DNA of 63,524 nucleotides, filler included, from Basidioascus undulatus (Eukaryota), in the NCBI GenBank assembly GCA_000826855.1. It is 10 parts of 10 records of this genome, joined end to end, with 100 filler letters (N's around TTAATTAATTAA, not from the genome) between each part and the next. Parts side by side here need not be neighbours in the genome. Positions count along the whole stretch, not along the records: positions 41,190 to 45,106 come from JTLS01002287.1; positions 45,207 to 49,122 come from JTLS01002288.1; positions 49,223 to 53,078 come from JTLS01002289.1; 7 more parts are not named here. The stretch is one strand, 5' to 3'. A model generated the notes under the pieces. The model had not been told where the DNA came from, did not search any database, and saw only the letters and a program-made list of their open reading frames with translations. Both the position numbers and the translations under genes were made by a program. Below are positions 41,679-53,178 of the stretch, in pieces (the first letter of the stretch is position 1; the number at the start of each line of letters is the position of its first letter).

Positions 41679-42312
41679 GGAAACCGTCTCTTCCCTATAT
41701 AGCTCAGTTTTCTCCTGCTGGTGTAAAGCTTCCGTCCATGTGGTTTTGGTGCTGGGCTGGCCCTTTCCCGCTCCTGTATCCCTTCCTGTCGCTGTCGCCC
41801 GCTGGCAGCCCTTCTCGCTCCTGTACTCCACTCCTCCTGTTGCACATTAGCGGCGTCGCATGCAGAGCTCTTAACGCTTAACCTAGCACTTCTACCGACC
41901 ATGCAAATACATAACATGTTCACACATCAATGTAACTACCGTAGATGTCATGTAGCAACCCGTAAGCTAAGTTGTAAAACACCTGACTTCTCCCTTGCTT
42001 ACCTTCCTTGCCTTCTCTGCCCTTGTTGCCTTCTAGTCATAACAGTAGATCTTGGGTTTTGGGTCTTGTCATGAACGACATAGTAACCAAGTAGTAGTAA
42101 CCCTAGACCCTAGACCCTAGCGCTCTAAAGAGAGAGCCTTGTGCGAAGACTGAATCTTGTTCTATTAATAAAATACATTAGGGTTAGGGACGCTGTTGAG
42201 GAATTAAGGGGTTCTTGTCAATGCTCGAAGGCGGAGACGTACCGTTTTATATTTATTATGTATTTGCGTAAATATGCGTTCAATACCAGCCCAAGAGCAG
42301 CCGCCATCCCCA

Positions 42313-43060
42313 TCACCCATCAACCAGCACATACACCCCCAAACAGGCACCCTCCCACCATCTTCCACCCTGCCCAACCCACTCCGCCCAATCATCAAGC
42401 CGCTCAAAGCCAAGTGGCCGCAGTGCCGCCACACCCTTCTCGTACGGCTCGCGAGCTGGGGATCCATGCTTGTGACGGGCATGACGACAAGCGTGCGCGC
42501 GAAGTGGGCGACCCCAGCTGTGTGAGTGTAGGTACGCGCGAGCTCGGAAGAAGCTTCGAAGACGGCTGGGATAAGCGGGAGGGACGCATGCGACTCAAGG
42601 GAGCGCAGGAGTGCGGTGGAGTTGGGGATAAGGGAAGGGTAGAGGTCGGCTATAGTAATGTTGACTTTGGGAGCAACTGGGGAACATACGGGCATAGGGT
42701 CAGCAACAGGCGGACGGATGCATCGGAAGAGCGAGAACTCACCAGGATCCGGCACGGCGAATAGCATGCGCGGGACAGAGTACGTCCTCCAGAAGAAGAC
42801 GTCAGTGCTTTAAGTTTCGCCAATCTCTCTGCTTTGGTAAGCTGGATCCGTTGGCTCGAGGGCGACGAACACTCCCCGATCTTGGCGTTCCGCTCAATCC
42901 ATAAGCTTACGGGTACGACACTGCCTTGGTGAACCGCACCGTACACAAGAAGAAGCGCGGCGTTAAAGACAATCCACGCGACGGTGAACACCTTTCCGCG
43001 TGGGATGTAAGGCGCGGCGAAGAGGAGGAGGGGGAAGAGAGGGATCGTAAGCAGTACGAC
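42313..43060 (-). pseudogene. 3' fragment of GPI mannosyltransferase 4 (Smp3/PIG-Z-like)
   Basis: WIVFNAALLLVYGAVHQGSVVP and VFFWRTYSVPRMLF resemble Smp3 HQGGVVP / WKTYxPP motifs; introns retained; N-terminal part not seen upstream. Confidence 0.6.
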
Positions 43061-43329
43061 GACGTCGTGGTGGACCAAGTTGGGATATACGAGGTGGATC
43101 TGCATGCATGTTCTCCCTTCGTATCGTAAAGATACAGGGCCTGCAGTGGACAAATCCCGCTCGATGCTCGTTGGACAGCCTCCGCCGCACCAGGTCTGGT
43201 GGAGTGGCATTCTGTACTTCGGTGCGAAGCTCAACTGTTCCAGTCACATTCCACAACCGCTCTAATCTTTACCTCTTACCTGATCTGAATACCATGCGGC
43301 ACCCACCACCGGCTTCTCGCGCTGCAACT

Positions 43330-43604
43330 TCACCCGGAACGAGGCGCACTAGGAGTTCGAGTACAAGCGGCTGTTCAACATCCGTCCCGGCGACGCGCAA
43401 GGCAAGATGGCCGAACTCGTCGAGGAGCACACATTCTACCGCGTGCACGATACATCGGGGGTGCATATCGGGCCCTACTCGGTCAAGCTCCCCCAGGCGG
43501 GCCACAGCACAGCGATCTTTTTCGGCGCGGTCGGGCTCCTCGGGGTCGCCTACTTCTTCGGACGGTCATACCTCCAGCGCTACCGTACTGTCAAGGGCCT
43601 CTGA
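43330..43604 (+). CDS. C-terminal fragment of a protein with a terminal transmembrane helix
   Basis: EFEYKRLFNIRPGDAQGK...AIFFGAVGLLGVAYFFGRSYLQRYRTVKGL*, strong GC3 bias; no 5' part evident. Confidence 0.35.
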
Positions 43605-44850
43605 GAGCGGAGCGTAGGGTACCGGGGGCATATTGGGCTACCTTGCTAGCGTTCGTCCGGTTTTCTCGTGGTGGTTAGTGGGGCGGTATACATGCAGCAA
43701 CAGAGTATGCAACGAACGAGCGCGACACGAACACTGTATGCTCGAAGCTCAGTTTTCCGAACTGCAATGCATCCGAGCGTCCTGTGTTGACAGATTGATA
43801 GAAACTTACATCGAATACCTTAAGGTGGGAAGATGGTGTAACTTCAAAGACTACAAAACGGCTAAGAAGCCTATCAGACCGAACACTGCCAGATGTCCCA
43901 AAGCACTTGACCACCCCTGCCCTGAGCGCATTCGTCCAAGCCTCTCCGGCCACGGCGGGTGTGGCGGCAATGGATACGCCGGTCGTGCCCGTCTGGGTGG
44001 CCAGGCTGACGACGCCCGTTGGGCCGGAGGCGACGTTGAACTTGGCGGAGGCGGTAGTCGTTTCGGCTGTGGACAGTACCACCCAGCACAAGCCTCACAT
44101 TCAGTTCTTCATCTCCCCGCTACCCCCGAGAAAAGTACACACTCACAGCTAAAAGGCGGCGAGATGCACACCCAAGGCCCCGACCCATACGCGGGAATGT
44201 CCTCCTCGTACTCGTACCCATTAACCCCAAACCTCGTCGTCTCCCGCACCTGGATCTCCCATCCCGTCTCGGTCGCGTCCTCGATCGATCGATCTCAATG
44301 AGTGGAACGAAGCGACGAGGGAGCGAGCGACGATCGAGGAAGATAAAGGCAAGTGCGAAACGCAAAGAGTTGCCTGAGCCTCCCTCACCACCGTTTGCAG
44401 GCGACTGCTCGCACGAATGGTGGGAGCTTCTCGAGAGAGAGCGAGAGGAGAGCATCGAAGAAAGTGGATGAGCAACCGAGGGTGGGCGGTGAAGGTTGGA
44501 CAAGGTGAGGCGGTCGGTACGTGAGCGCGCAGTACAGGGTGTGCGTTAGAATGAGGTGAGGTGACGAAAGGCGAGTGGCGAGCCAGCGCGTCCCAAAAAG
44601 GCGCGCAATCGATGATCGATCAAAAGGCGGCGGCGAGTCATGAGTAACGAGCGATGAGAGAGAGAAGGAAGCCACATCGAGGGTGAGGATAGCGCGTCAG
44701 CGGGCTTTCTGCCCCCCTGCGTCCAAGGCGCGCAGGAATGCCGCCCACTGGGAAGTTGCAGAGCACGTTATAGCTCGATGAAGCGGTCAGACTGGATGAA
44801 GTGGTGAACTGGATGAACGGGTTCCGTCCCCTCTCTCACTGTGCCCTCGC

Positions 44851-45106
44851 CTACATGCTAAAGCTCACCTGCCCCGCCCCACACTCCCCGTCAGTCTCTC
44901 TCTCTCTCTCTCTCCTTCCCCTTCCCTTTCCTCTTCTCCCCCCCCAAAAATGCGTGACGTACCCCACACCCGCACCCCTTCCCCGAGCTCTGCGGGTTGT
45001 CCAACACGCGGAAGCTGCTGCCGATGAGCTCAGTAGCGAAGTCGAGAGTCGAGCCCTTCAGCAGACCCAGCGAGACGGCGTCGACGAGGACTGTGGGGCC
45101 CTCTTC
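44851..45106 (-). CDS. ISA2: Fe-S cluster assembly protein Isa2 (HesB family), C-terminal part
   Basis: VLVDAVSLGLLKGSTLDFATELIGSSFRVLDNPQSSGKGCGCG-intron-VSFSM*. Confidence 0.9.
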
Positions 45107-45206
45107 NNNNNNNNNNNNNNNNNNNNNNNNNNNNNNNNNNNNNNNNNNNNTTAATTAATTAANNNNNNNNNNNNNNNNNNNNNNNNNNNNNNNNNNNNNN
45201 NNNNNN

Positions 45207-45920
45207 GCCCATACTGCGCCGCGAGACCCGCCGCAGGTGGATCGTTGCTGGAGAGCGGAGCGCCGCGAGGCTGGTGCTGGTGGCTGGAGCGGAAGCGGTG
45301 GCTGGCGTGCTGGAGATGGTGGGGGAGGAGAAGGAGGCGGGGATGGGCTTATGCGTGCCCGTGCCGCCCACCGTGCCCGTGTTGGACGCGCCGCCGGCGG
45401 AGGACGCGTACGACGGCGGGCGTGCGGGAGAGAGGAGCGGGGCGGTGGAGGAGAAGGAGGATGCGGGGGAGAGGGGGACGGGGATCGACTGCGTCTGCGT
45501 GGGGGAGGAGACGGAGGGAGGGGGGGAAAAGACGACTACTGTCTTGCTGCGGGTCGAGTGGGCGGAGAAGCGTCAGCGTTTAGAGAACATAAGGAGAAAG
45601 ACGTGAAACACGCACCCAGAAGCCAGAGTCTTCTTCATCCCGCCCTGGGGGAGCGTCTCCTGCGCACGTCCACCGCCGCCGCCGCCCAAGAACGGAGTGG
45701 TGCGCCCCTCCGCGGCCGCGCTGTTGCGGTCCTTGCGCCTGTTCTTGCCCGAGAGCGAGCTGAAGATCCCGCCGCCGCCGCCACCGCTGCCCTTGTTGTT
45801 GCTCTTCGCGCTCGCGGACGATGGCGAGGGAGGGGGCTCGGTGTCGCGCAGGAAGTTGGCGAGCGCGCGCGTGTCGGAGACGGGCTCGTACGACGATGAG
45901 GCGGAGGATGAGAAGGACAT
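45207..45920 (-). CDS. Low-complexity hypothetical protein, 5' part
   Basis: MSFSSSASSSYEPVSDTRALANFLRDTEPPP...; GTGCGT intron near 45615-45540; runs into the gap. Confidence 0.6.
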
Positions 45921-46687
45921 TGCTTGGGGGGGATGGGGAGAGTGGAAGATGGGGAGACAGGGAAGAGAAGAGGAGAGAGGGGAGAGAGGGGGGGCAGAGG
46001 AGAGAGCGCCGAGCGGACGCGGATTCGGATGGACAAGTTGAGCGTGCAGCAGAGTCAGGCCTGACCGTCAAGGCACAGGCACGAGCGAGTAAGCGGACTG
46101 AACGGCCTGCAGGCGCGGCGCGTGCGAGGCAATGATGAGTGATGGATTGGGCCGCAAAGGCAAAGGCTGGTCTGCGACGCAGCGACGCGCTTAGAGGTGA
46201 GGGCGGAGAGAAAGAGGGAGCGAAGACGAGAGGAGTACGAGTGGAGAGGGAAGACACTGGTCGCGCAGGCTGAGTCAAGCGCGTGGAGCCTTGTCAACAA
46301 GAGCAATACGGAACTGAGCAACGGCTGTCTAGCATTGCGGAGGATACGGGGGATGGGCGCGTCGGCAAGGGCGAACGCGGACGGAGCGGAATGAGGACGG
46401 GGGTATCGAGGTGTCGGGCCCGGGGATCGGGTGGTCGCGAGAAAGCCGCTCTTTGTGAGTACTTTGCTTCTGACTGTATTGACGGATATTTTGGATTGGA
46501 AGTGTGAGCGTATAATGCGGGTTGGACGGAGTAGAGCGAAGTGTGTTGTTGGCAACCGTTGACGGCCCATCAAGCTCCCGCGCCGTCAAAGTCGGACGCG
46601 CAGCCGACGCGTATCGCTCATCCTCTCACCATCACCCTCATCAACTCCTTATCCTCCCCTACCATCCTCACCACCTTCCAATCTCCC

Positions 46688-47561
46688 ATGGCCTCCCGCT
46701 CCCTCTCCTCCACGCACTCCCCCTTCCCCTCCCCTCTCCCCGCGCCCTCCGCCGCCCTGCCCCTCCCACTCAATCCTACACACTCGCATATCCCCACCCT
46801 CCCCGAGATCCACGCCCGCCTCCTCGCCCTCTTCCCTCCCTCGCCCTCTCCCTCTGTTTCCCCCACATCCTCCACATCCTCTTCCCGCTCCCCCTCCCCC
46901 GAGCCAGAAGAGCCCACAGAAGCAGACGAGCTCAACCTCGCCCTCGACTCCTTCGCTAAGCGCGCAGGGAACGCACCGTTCGCTGTGCGCCGTCCACCGG
47001 CGGGGACGTCGAGGGGGTGGAGGGAGGTGGGTGCTGCGCCGGAGGTGGAGGGTGTGGGAGTGGGTGGAGGAGGAAGCATCTCCACTCTCCGCCTCGACCG
47101 CTCGCTCGCTACCGGTACCCCCACAACGACAACCAAACCCAACACCACCACTCCCACCCCTCAATCTTCCACCCCCACCCCCGCGCGACCAACCAGCACA
47201 GTCTTCCCTCCGCCCCGCCCCCAGCCGCGGGTCACCGCGCCCTCTGCCTCGTCGCGCGGCCCCTCGTCGGGAGCGAGCTCGTTCTCTGATCTGTCTGGTT
47301 CGTCGTTTCCCCTGAAAGAGGAGTGAAGCGGGAGTGGGACTGATGAAAGGAGGGACGCGGTAGATGCTAGTGTGTCGAGGACGGCGCTGGAGGAGGCTAT
47401 GCTGAGTGGGCTGCAGGGCACGGGGATGGGGACGGGCACGACTGTGGGGCGGCTGTGCGTCTTCCCTTCCCTGCCCATGGCGGTCGGCGCTGATTCTCGA
47501 TGGGGATGGTAGAAGCATGTTTGGGAGGAGCACTACAACCTCGAGCAGGGGCCGCGGGTAG
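46688..47561 (+). CDS. Ser/Pro-rich hypothetical protein
   Basis: MASRSLSS... with C-terminal SSFSDLS-DASVSRTALEEAMLS segment; two introns; ends ...SRGRG*. Confidence 0.65.
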
Positions 47562-48914
47562 CTTGTGAGGTAACCCGTGCAGGACGAGATAGGTGCGGGG
47601 CTGGACGATGCGGCGGGATGGGGGTTGACACATGGTGTATTGTGTTGCGTGTATGTACAGCACTGCCAGATTGATTATTGTGGAGTTTCTTCCTTCGCTG
47701 CGTGTACTGCAGGTGCGTTTGCAGGTGTATTCGTGCTATAACTTTCTCCGTACTTTGTTGATTGCAATGGTGCCGACGCATGTGCTTGGGCCTTGGGCCT
47801 TGGGGGCCGGCACTGTACCGCCCTCTACGTGAGAGGTGAAAGAGGGACATAGTACTAGGGCAGTTCGCGAAGCTGAAGGCGGTGGCTCGGGGGTGTTGTG
47901 CTCACGCCAGTTTTTTGGTATAGAATATTGAGGGGATCTCAGATAATTGGGCGCCCGATGGTGGGGGGCATGTTGGATGGGAATGAGAGCGAACGATTAT
48001 GCGAGGACAGTTGAGGGCGTCCCGCTGCGAGTCTTGCTGTGGCACGAACCTGAAGCCGAGCGGCAGTTGGTCTGTGCAGAATGGGTGAGAGTTCCGGTTG
48101 TTAGAGATCTTATAGTTTACTCGACCTTCAAGGATGTGTGCTCGACTACGGTCGAGCTGGAGTGAGATTGCAGCAAGACCGCACCCCTCGCCTTGCTGTT
48201 TTGTCTGCGACCTGGCACGGCTGAGCAAGCACCCAGTACAATCTTATGATCACTGTGGACACTTATGTTTCTATGTAAAATCAAACATCGTCTGAATGCT
48301 AAACTAAGTGTACAGCAGACCTGCTGCCGGCGGGGCAGAAGTTTAATCTTATCGGGGATGCCTTTAAAGCACTTCAGAATTCGTTCGACCGCGCTCGGTG
48401 CGGAGCGCAGCACTGCGGGCTGCAGCCTGCCGTGCGTAGCAGTTCGATCGGCTTTCGTTGCGGACACTTTCGCAAGTTTTTATCCGCATGTGATCCAAAA
48501 CGCCTTTCTGTGTCTCCAATGGCGTCCTCTGGATCGGTACCTTCGCAACAATCTGCGGGGACGAGGATGCCGAACTGTTTGCGACAATAATATTGGCTAC
48601 ACGTAGCTACGAGAAATGCACGCGCGCAGGATTATATGTTGAGACTACCAGCGAAGTCCAGGCATGCGTTGGATCCAGCGCGGTTTATCCGAGATCTCGC
48701 TCGAACAAGCTCGATGACGCCGGGCCGCGGGCGCAAACGCGCGGGAAACGCGCCGGGTTGGGAGGCAGTTGGAGGCAGTCGTCGAGGCCGTTGAGTGTTG
48801 CAGCTTGCCTTCCGACATTCAATCCCTCTTTATTACATTCGTTCTACAGACCGTACTCTTTCCATCCTCAAACCAGACGACCACCCGACGATAAACGCTT
48901 GAACGACGCACAGG

Positions 48915-49083
48915 ATGCGCCTCACATTCGTCACCGATGCTGGGCAGGTGCGGAGTCTACCTCGCGAGCGAGAGGGGGAGCCGCTTACTGAATTTCGCTG
49001 GTGCTGGGGATGCGCAGACGTACACCGTCGAAGTCTCAGCGGACATGGAGATCGAGAACATCCATGCCCTGATTGAAGCCGAG
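48915..49083 (+). CDS. DDI1: Ddi1 (UBL-aspartyl protease), N-terminal UBL exons only
   Basis: MRLTFVTDAGQ-intron-TYTVEVSADMEIENIHALIEAE; truncated by the gap. Confidence 0.7.
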
Positions 49084-50217
49084 GTGCGCGGTATCTCCTT
49101 CCTCTCTCCTTCCGTCCCCCAGNNNNNNNNNNNNNNNNNNNNNNNNNNNNNNNNNNNNNNNNNNNNTTAATTAATTAANNNNNNNNNNNNNNNNNNNNNN
49201 NNNNNNNNNNNNNNNNNNNNNNGTTCTTTGCTGCCTCCTCTTCCCCTTCCCTTTCTCCTCTTTCTCGCTGCCTCTCTCCCCCTCCTGCCGTTCTCCTTCC
49301 CTCCCGCCTACCTCCATCCTTGGTTCCTGCGTTTCGCCGGACGACGACTGACCTTGCCACCTGTGCACAGTGAAAAACTCCTGTGCGGTTCTCCTCCCCA
49401 CACTGCCGTAGGATCCTAAGATAGATAACTGAACATGCTTCACCCGAGAATACAGGTCCAGCGTCCTCACCAACGCGTTCCTCTTTTCCTCCCGTGCGTC
49501 CTCCCTCTCCTCCCCTCTTCCCTTCCCACTTAGGAAGGTTGATACAAAACTGACGCTGAGTGATTGGGGTGTGGGGTGCGGAAAACAGAAGCCCGCATCC
49601 TCATTGTCCTCAAAGGGCTCCGGGACGTGGCTGCGTCGAGGCGGGTGCGGCTGGCGCGGAAGGCGTGATGAGTCCGGGATGGGTTGTTCGTTCGACAGAC
49701 GGCGAGCGAGACGGACTTGACTTTGCGTAGATTGTGTTTGCAGGTAGATTGTGTTTGCAGGCGACTTTTTATATTTCTCTGCATAATCGATATTATGCAT
49801 GTGCGAGGATCGCATGTTTTCGACGGGGCGGCTGGTGCAGGGATTTGGTGCGGGATGCGGGATACACAACGCGACGATCATCTTCGTTGATCCACAGACC
49901 CTTCATTCTTCATCCTCTTTTTATGTTTGTTATAGATCCCCCTTACAAGAGCTGGCACTTCTCGAGGTCCTGCACCCTCCCGCTGTGCTCTCCCTCAACT
50001 TCCCAGATCTTCAACGCATAATGTCCAATTGCTTCCGGAGCACGGAAATGTTCCTGATAAGTGACAGGTGGTCCAATTCTCAGGTAGATTGCGAGCTGTT
50101 GCCGTATTGAAACCCAGGTCTGCATGAGCCTGCAATTTCAGTTTCGCGGCTCAGACTGTAGCTGGCTCTGCGTGTCAGGGACTGCTGTTTTAAACAATTT
50201 CAACCTTATGACTTCCA

Positions 50218-50332
50218 TTGAGGGCATCTGTGGGGGAAGTTATTCTCGGTAGGGGAGGGGAGAGGCTGGACGTGACAGACGTACTGATTCAGCCTTCGCA
50301 GAGGCTCGCGCGGTACCCGTTGTTGCTGCAGG
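50218..50332 (+). pseudogene. RhoGEF (DH domain) fragment
   Basis: RLDVTDVLIQPSQRLARYPLLLQ matches the DH CR3 motif, followed by a GTGCGT donor; upstream sequence is not cleanly open. Confidence 0.5.
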
Positions 50333-50956
50333 GTGCGTCCTCCATTTCCTTTCCCCGCCCCTCACGCCGCTTCGCTCTCCATACATGTTCCACCGTCCCT
50401 TCTCTCCACCTTCCCCTTCACAACCCTCCCCTTCCCACTCCGCAACCCCGTCCCTTTTCCATCCCCTCCCCTTCCCATCCCGTCCGTATCCATCTTCCTC
50501 TCTCTCCACCATCCCCTCCGCATCCTCCGCCTTCCCTCCCTCCGCCTGCCCACGTCCCCGGCCCATCTTCCCCGCCCCCCTCTCTCCCTCCCCTTCCCTC
50601 CCTTGTTGTCCGCCCCATCCGCCTCCGTGGCCGACTCATCAGAACACGAGGCTGACCTGGGACGGATGACGGATGGCCGAACAAGCAGACCTCGCTCCAC
50701 ACGCCCCCCGACAGCCTCACGCGCAGCGTCATCGAGTGCGCGCTGCACGGTGCGCGGCGGACGGCGAGGGCTTGCGATTTGGCTACGGGTGGTGGGCAGG
50801 GTTCGTAGCTAGCCCTAAGCACCAATTTATATCCGAACTAACGATGATATTTGCGTTAAAGTATTTTCTAATGATGATGCAAATGTGGACGCCTTGACAG
50901 CAGAGCAAGGAGAAAGACTAAGAGGGTGTTGTACAACACTGGCGGCGCGACAGCAC

Positions 50957-52894
50957 TTAAGCAAGAGAGACCTCCTGTCCCCAGCGCATCCTGCCGCGCA
51001 GCCAAAGGGCTACATAACTGAGCGCGAGGAGCACTGGGACCTCAACAAGCGGACCAAGACTGTAACCAAACAATGCAAGGCACATGATCAGCGATTTAGG
51101 TAGTTGGCGAGTCCCAACAGTTACAGAACATACGTAGCTGCAAGGACCTCAGGCCCGTCAGAACCGAAGCTGGCGACACCGACGGCGATAGCTAGCTCGA
51201 AGTTGTTCGACTGGAAAGAAGTGAAGACTCAAGGTCAGTGAGCAAAATGAAGGGGGAACTCATCGGCACGTACACCCGCTGTGAAGGCCTGCGTTACGGC
51301 GAGGTCGTAGCCTCCGGTAGTCTTGCCCCAACGAGTGCGCGAGAGGTACCAAAGGGTGAAGAATGTGACGCTCCACACGATAGTAAAGTAGAGGACAAGC
51401 GGGACGATAATCCGGAACACCGTGCCGATGTTGTCGACGATGCGCTTGCCCTGCAATGAGTGCGAGGTCTACTTCAGTACACGAGGCAACATGGACAACA
51501 CAGTCGCACAGAGATAAAGGACTGACCTGGTTGGCAAAAAGGACGATGATGGTGTACAGCAGGCCTACTAGCGCTACCGGTCCGAAGTAATCAAAAAAGC
51601 GCTTGAAGCCGCGGGGGCCAAGGGTGAGCTTGGCGATCAAGCGGGTGATTGCACCGGCAGCGAGCGGGATGCCGAGATACTGCATATGGACATTGAGCTT
51701 TCGGAGGAGTACAGGGGTCTAACGGAAAATTGAACTCACGATGCCGACAGACTTGGCTACTTGCTGATAGTCAAGCTGGAGAGCGGGAGAAGACGAGTTG
51801 CGGGAAGAGCCGAGGATGTTACAGAAGAGCAGCGCGTAGGGCGAGAACAGGACGACCTGACTCAACCACGCCCAAATTCAGAACAAGACTGTTGACGACA
51901 CAACAGAGTACGCACCTGAAGAAGCGAGTTGAAAACCACAAGGATGGCACAGTAGTTGGCGTTGCCACGGCTGATAGCGTTCCAGATGAGAACCATGGCT
52001 GTCGACCAAGGCTTATCAGCAAACCGTTCGAAATGTCAATTCAGCTGGGAATCGAACACGCACCAATGCAACGCGCTGTAATGACCAAACCGATGTGCGT
52101 CAGCATCTGTGAACGCTGACCAAGAACGACCACCAACGTACCGACGCCCACGAGCAGTACACCCTTGCGCTCGCGCTCCAGTTCTGGAAGTGTGGCCCAG
52201 GCAAGGGCAAGCATGATGAATGGCGCCACCTGTTCAGCTGTCGCGTCAGTCCCTCATTCATTGTGAGAGCATGACCTTGAAGAGTCTCACAATCCAGTTG
52301 AGAACGAGGGAGATGCTGAGCTGGACCCAGATCATGCGACCAGAGAAAAGCTCCGGCAGCTTCTCCCATTGAACCTTGGCCAAGGCCGGCCAGATCATGA
52401 CAAGGAGCCCGATCAGGATCGCTGTTGCAGACGGCGATATGGGTGTCAGTAGCAGCACACTGCTCTTCACTTCGTTGAATGAACACGTACGGATCGATAC
52501 ACCCTCCCACTGAGCACCGTTGAATGCGCGACGGACACCGTCCTCCTGAACAGGAAATAAGACAAACGGGCATAAGCAAGGTTAGAACCTGGCAGAAATC
52601 GGCGCCATAGACAACCATCAATACTCACAGCGTACACGCCAATGAGCACGCCAAAAATCATGGCGAGCAGGACGAACGGAGCGAGGAAACGGTCGAGGAT
52701 GCTGAGGCTCTTGAACAGCGCTGCCAGACCGCCAGCCACTGCGTGAGCTTCGACACAGCTCTCCCAGTCGCACAAACACAAGAGGCACACTCACTGGACG
52801 CCTTGAGAGCCTCGTCAATTTTCGCGTCGTCGTCCATTTCCTGTAGACCCTCGCAAAAGTCGCAATCTGCGGAAGTCCGACAGGGAGGGTGCAT
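50957..52894 (-). CDS. ACR3: Arsenite efflux transporter Acr3
   Basis: LSILDRFLAPFVLLAMIFGVLIG, IGLLVMIWPALAKVQWE, ARCIAMVLIWN, YLGIPLAAG, FTAGSNNFELAIAV, GPLVEVPVLLAL. Start given is the first in-frame ATG below the repeat; the ancestral ATG is probably 53073. Confidence 0.93.
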
Positions 52895-52967
52895 GAGGTA
52901 CGAAGGCGTGTCGCCATTGCCTGACGCCTTCTCCGATGGAGATGAGGCTGGCGTAGGAGCGGCGCAC

Positions 52968-53059
52968 TTAGGGTTAGGTTGGGTTAGGTTAGGTTAGGTT
53001 AGGTTAGGTTAGGTTAGGTTGGGTTAGGTTGGGTTAGGTTGGGTTAGGTTGGGTTAGGG
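52968..53059 (+). repeat. Telomere-like array: TTAGGG-(TTAGG/TTGGG)16-TTAGGG
   Basis: 16 pentamers between two TTAGGG hexamers (52968-52973, 53054-53059); 19 bp of unique sequence follow before the gap. Confidence 0.95.
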
Positions 53060-53178
53060 TGATGGGCTATCATTATTGNNNNNNNNNNNNNNNNNNNNNN
53101 NNNNNNNNNNNNNNNNNNNNNNTTAATTAATTAANNNNNNNNNNNNNNNNNNNNNNNNNNNNNNNNNNNNNNNNNNNN

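Noticed and set aside
42100..42189. (ACCCTAG)x3 and (TTAGGG)x2 telomere-like motifs
   Set aside because: Too short to distinguish from chance microsatellites.
49727..49761. 17-bp tandem duplication GTAGATTGTGTTTGCAG
   Set aside because: Two adjacent copies without spacers; simple slippage, not CRISPR-like.
52968..53078. True chromosome end
   Set aside because: The array is short and followed by unique sequence that reads as the ACR3 start, so it is interstitial.
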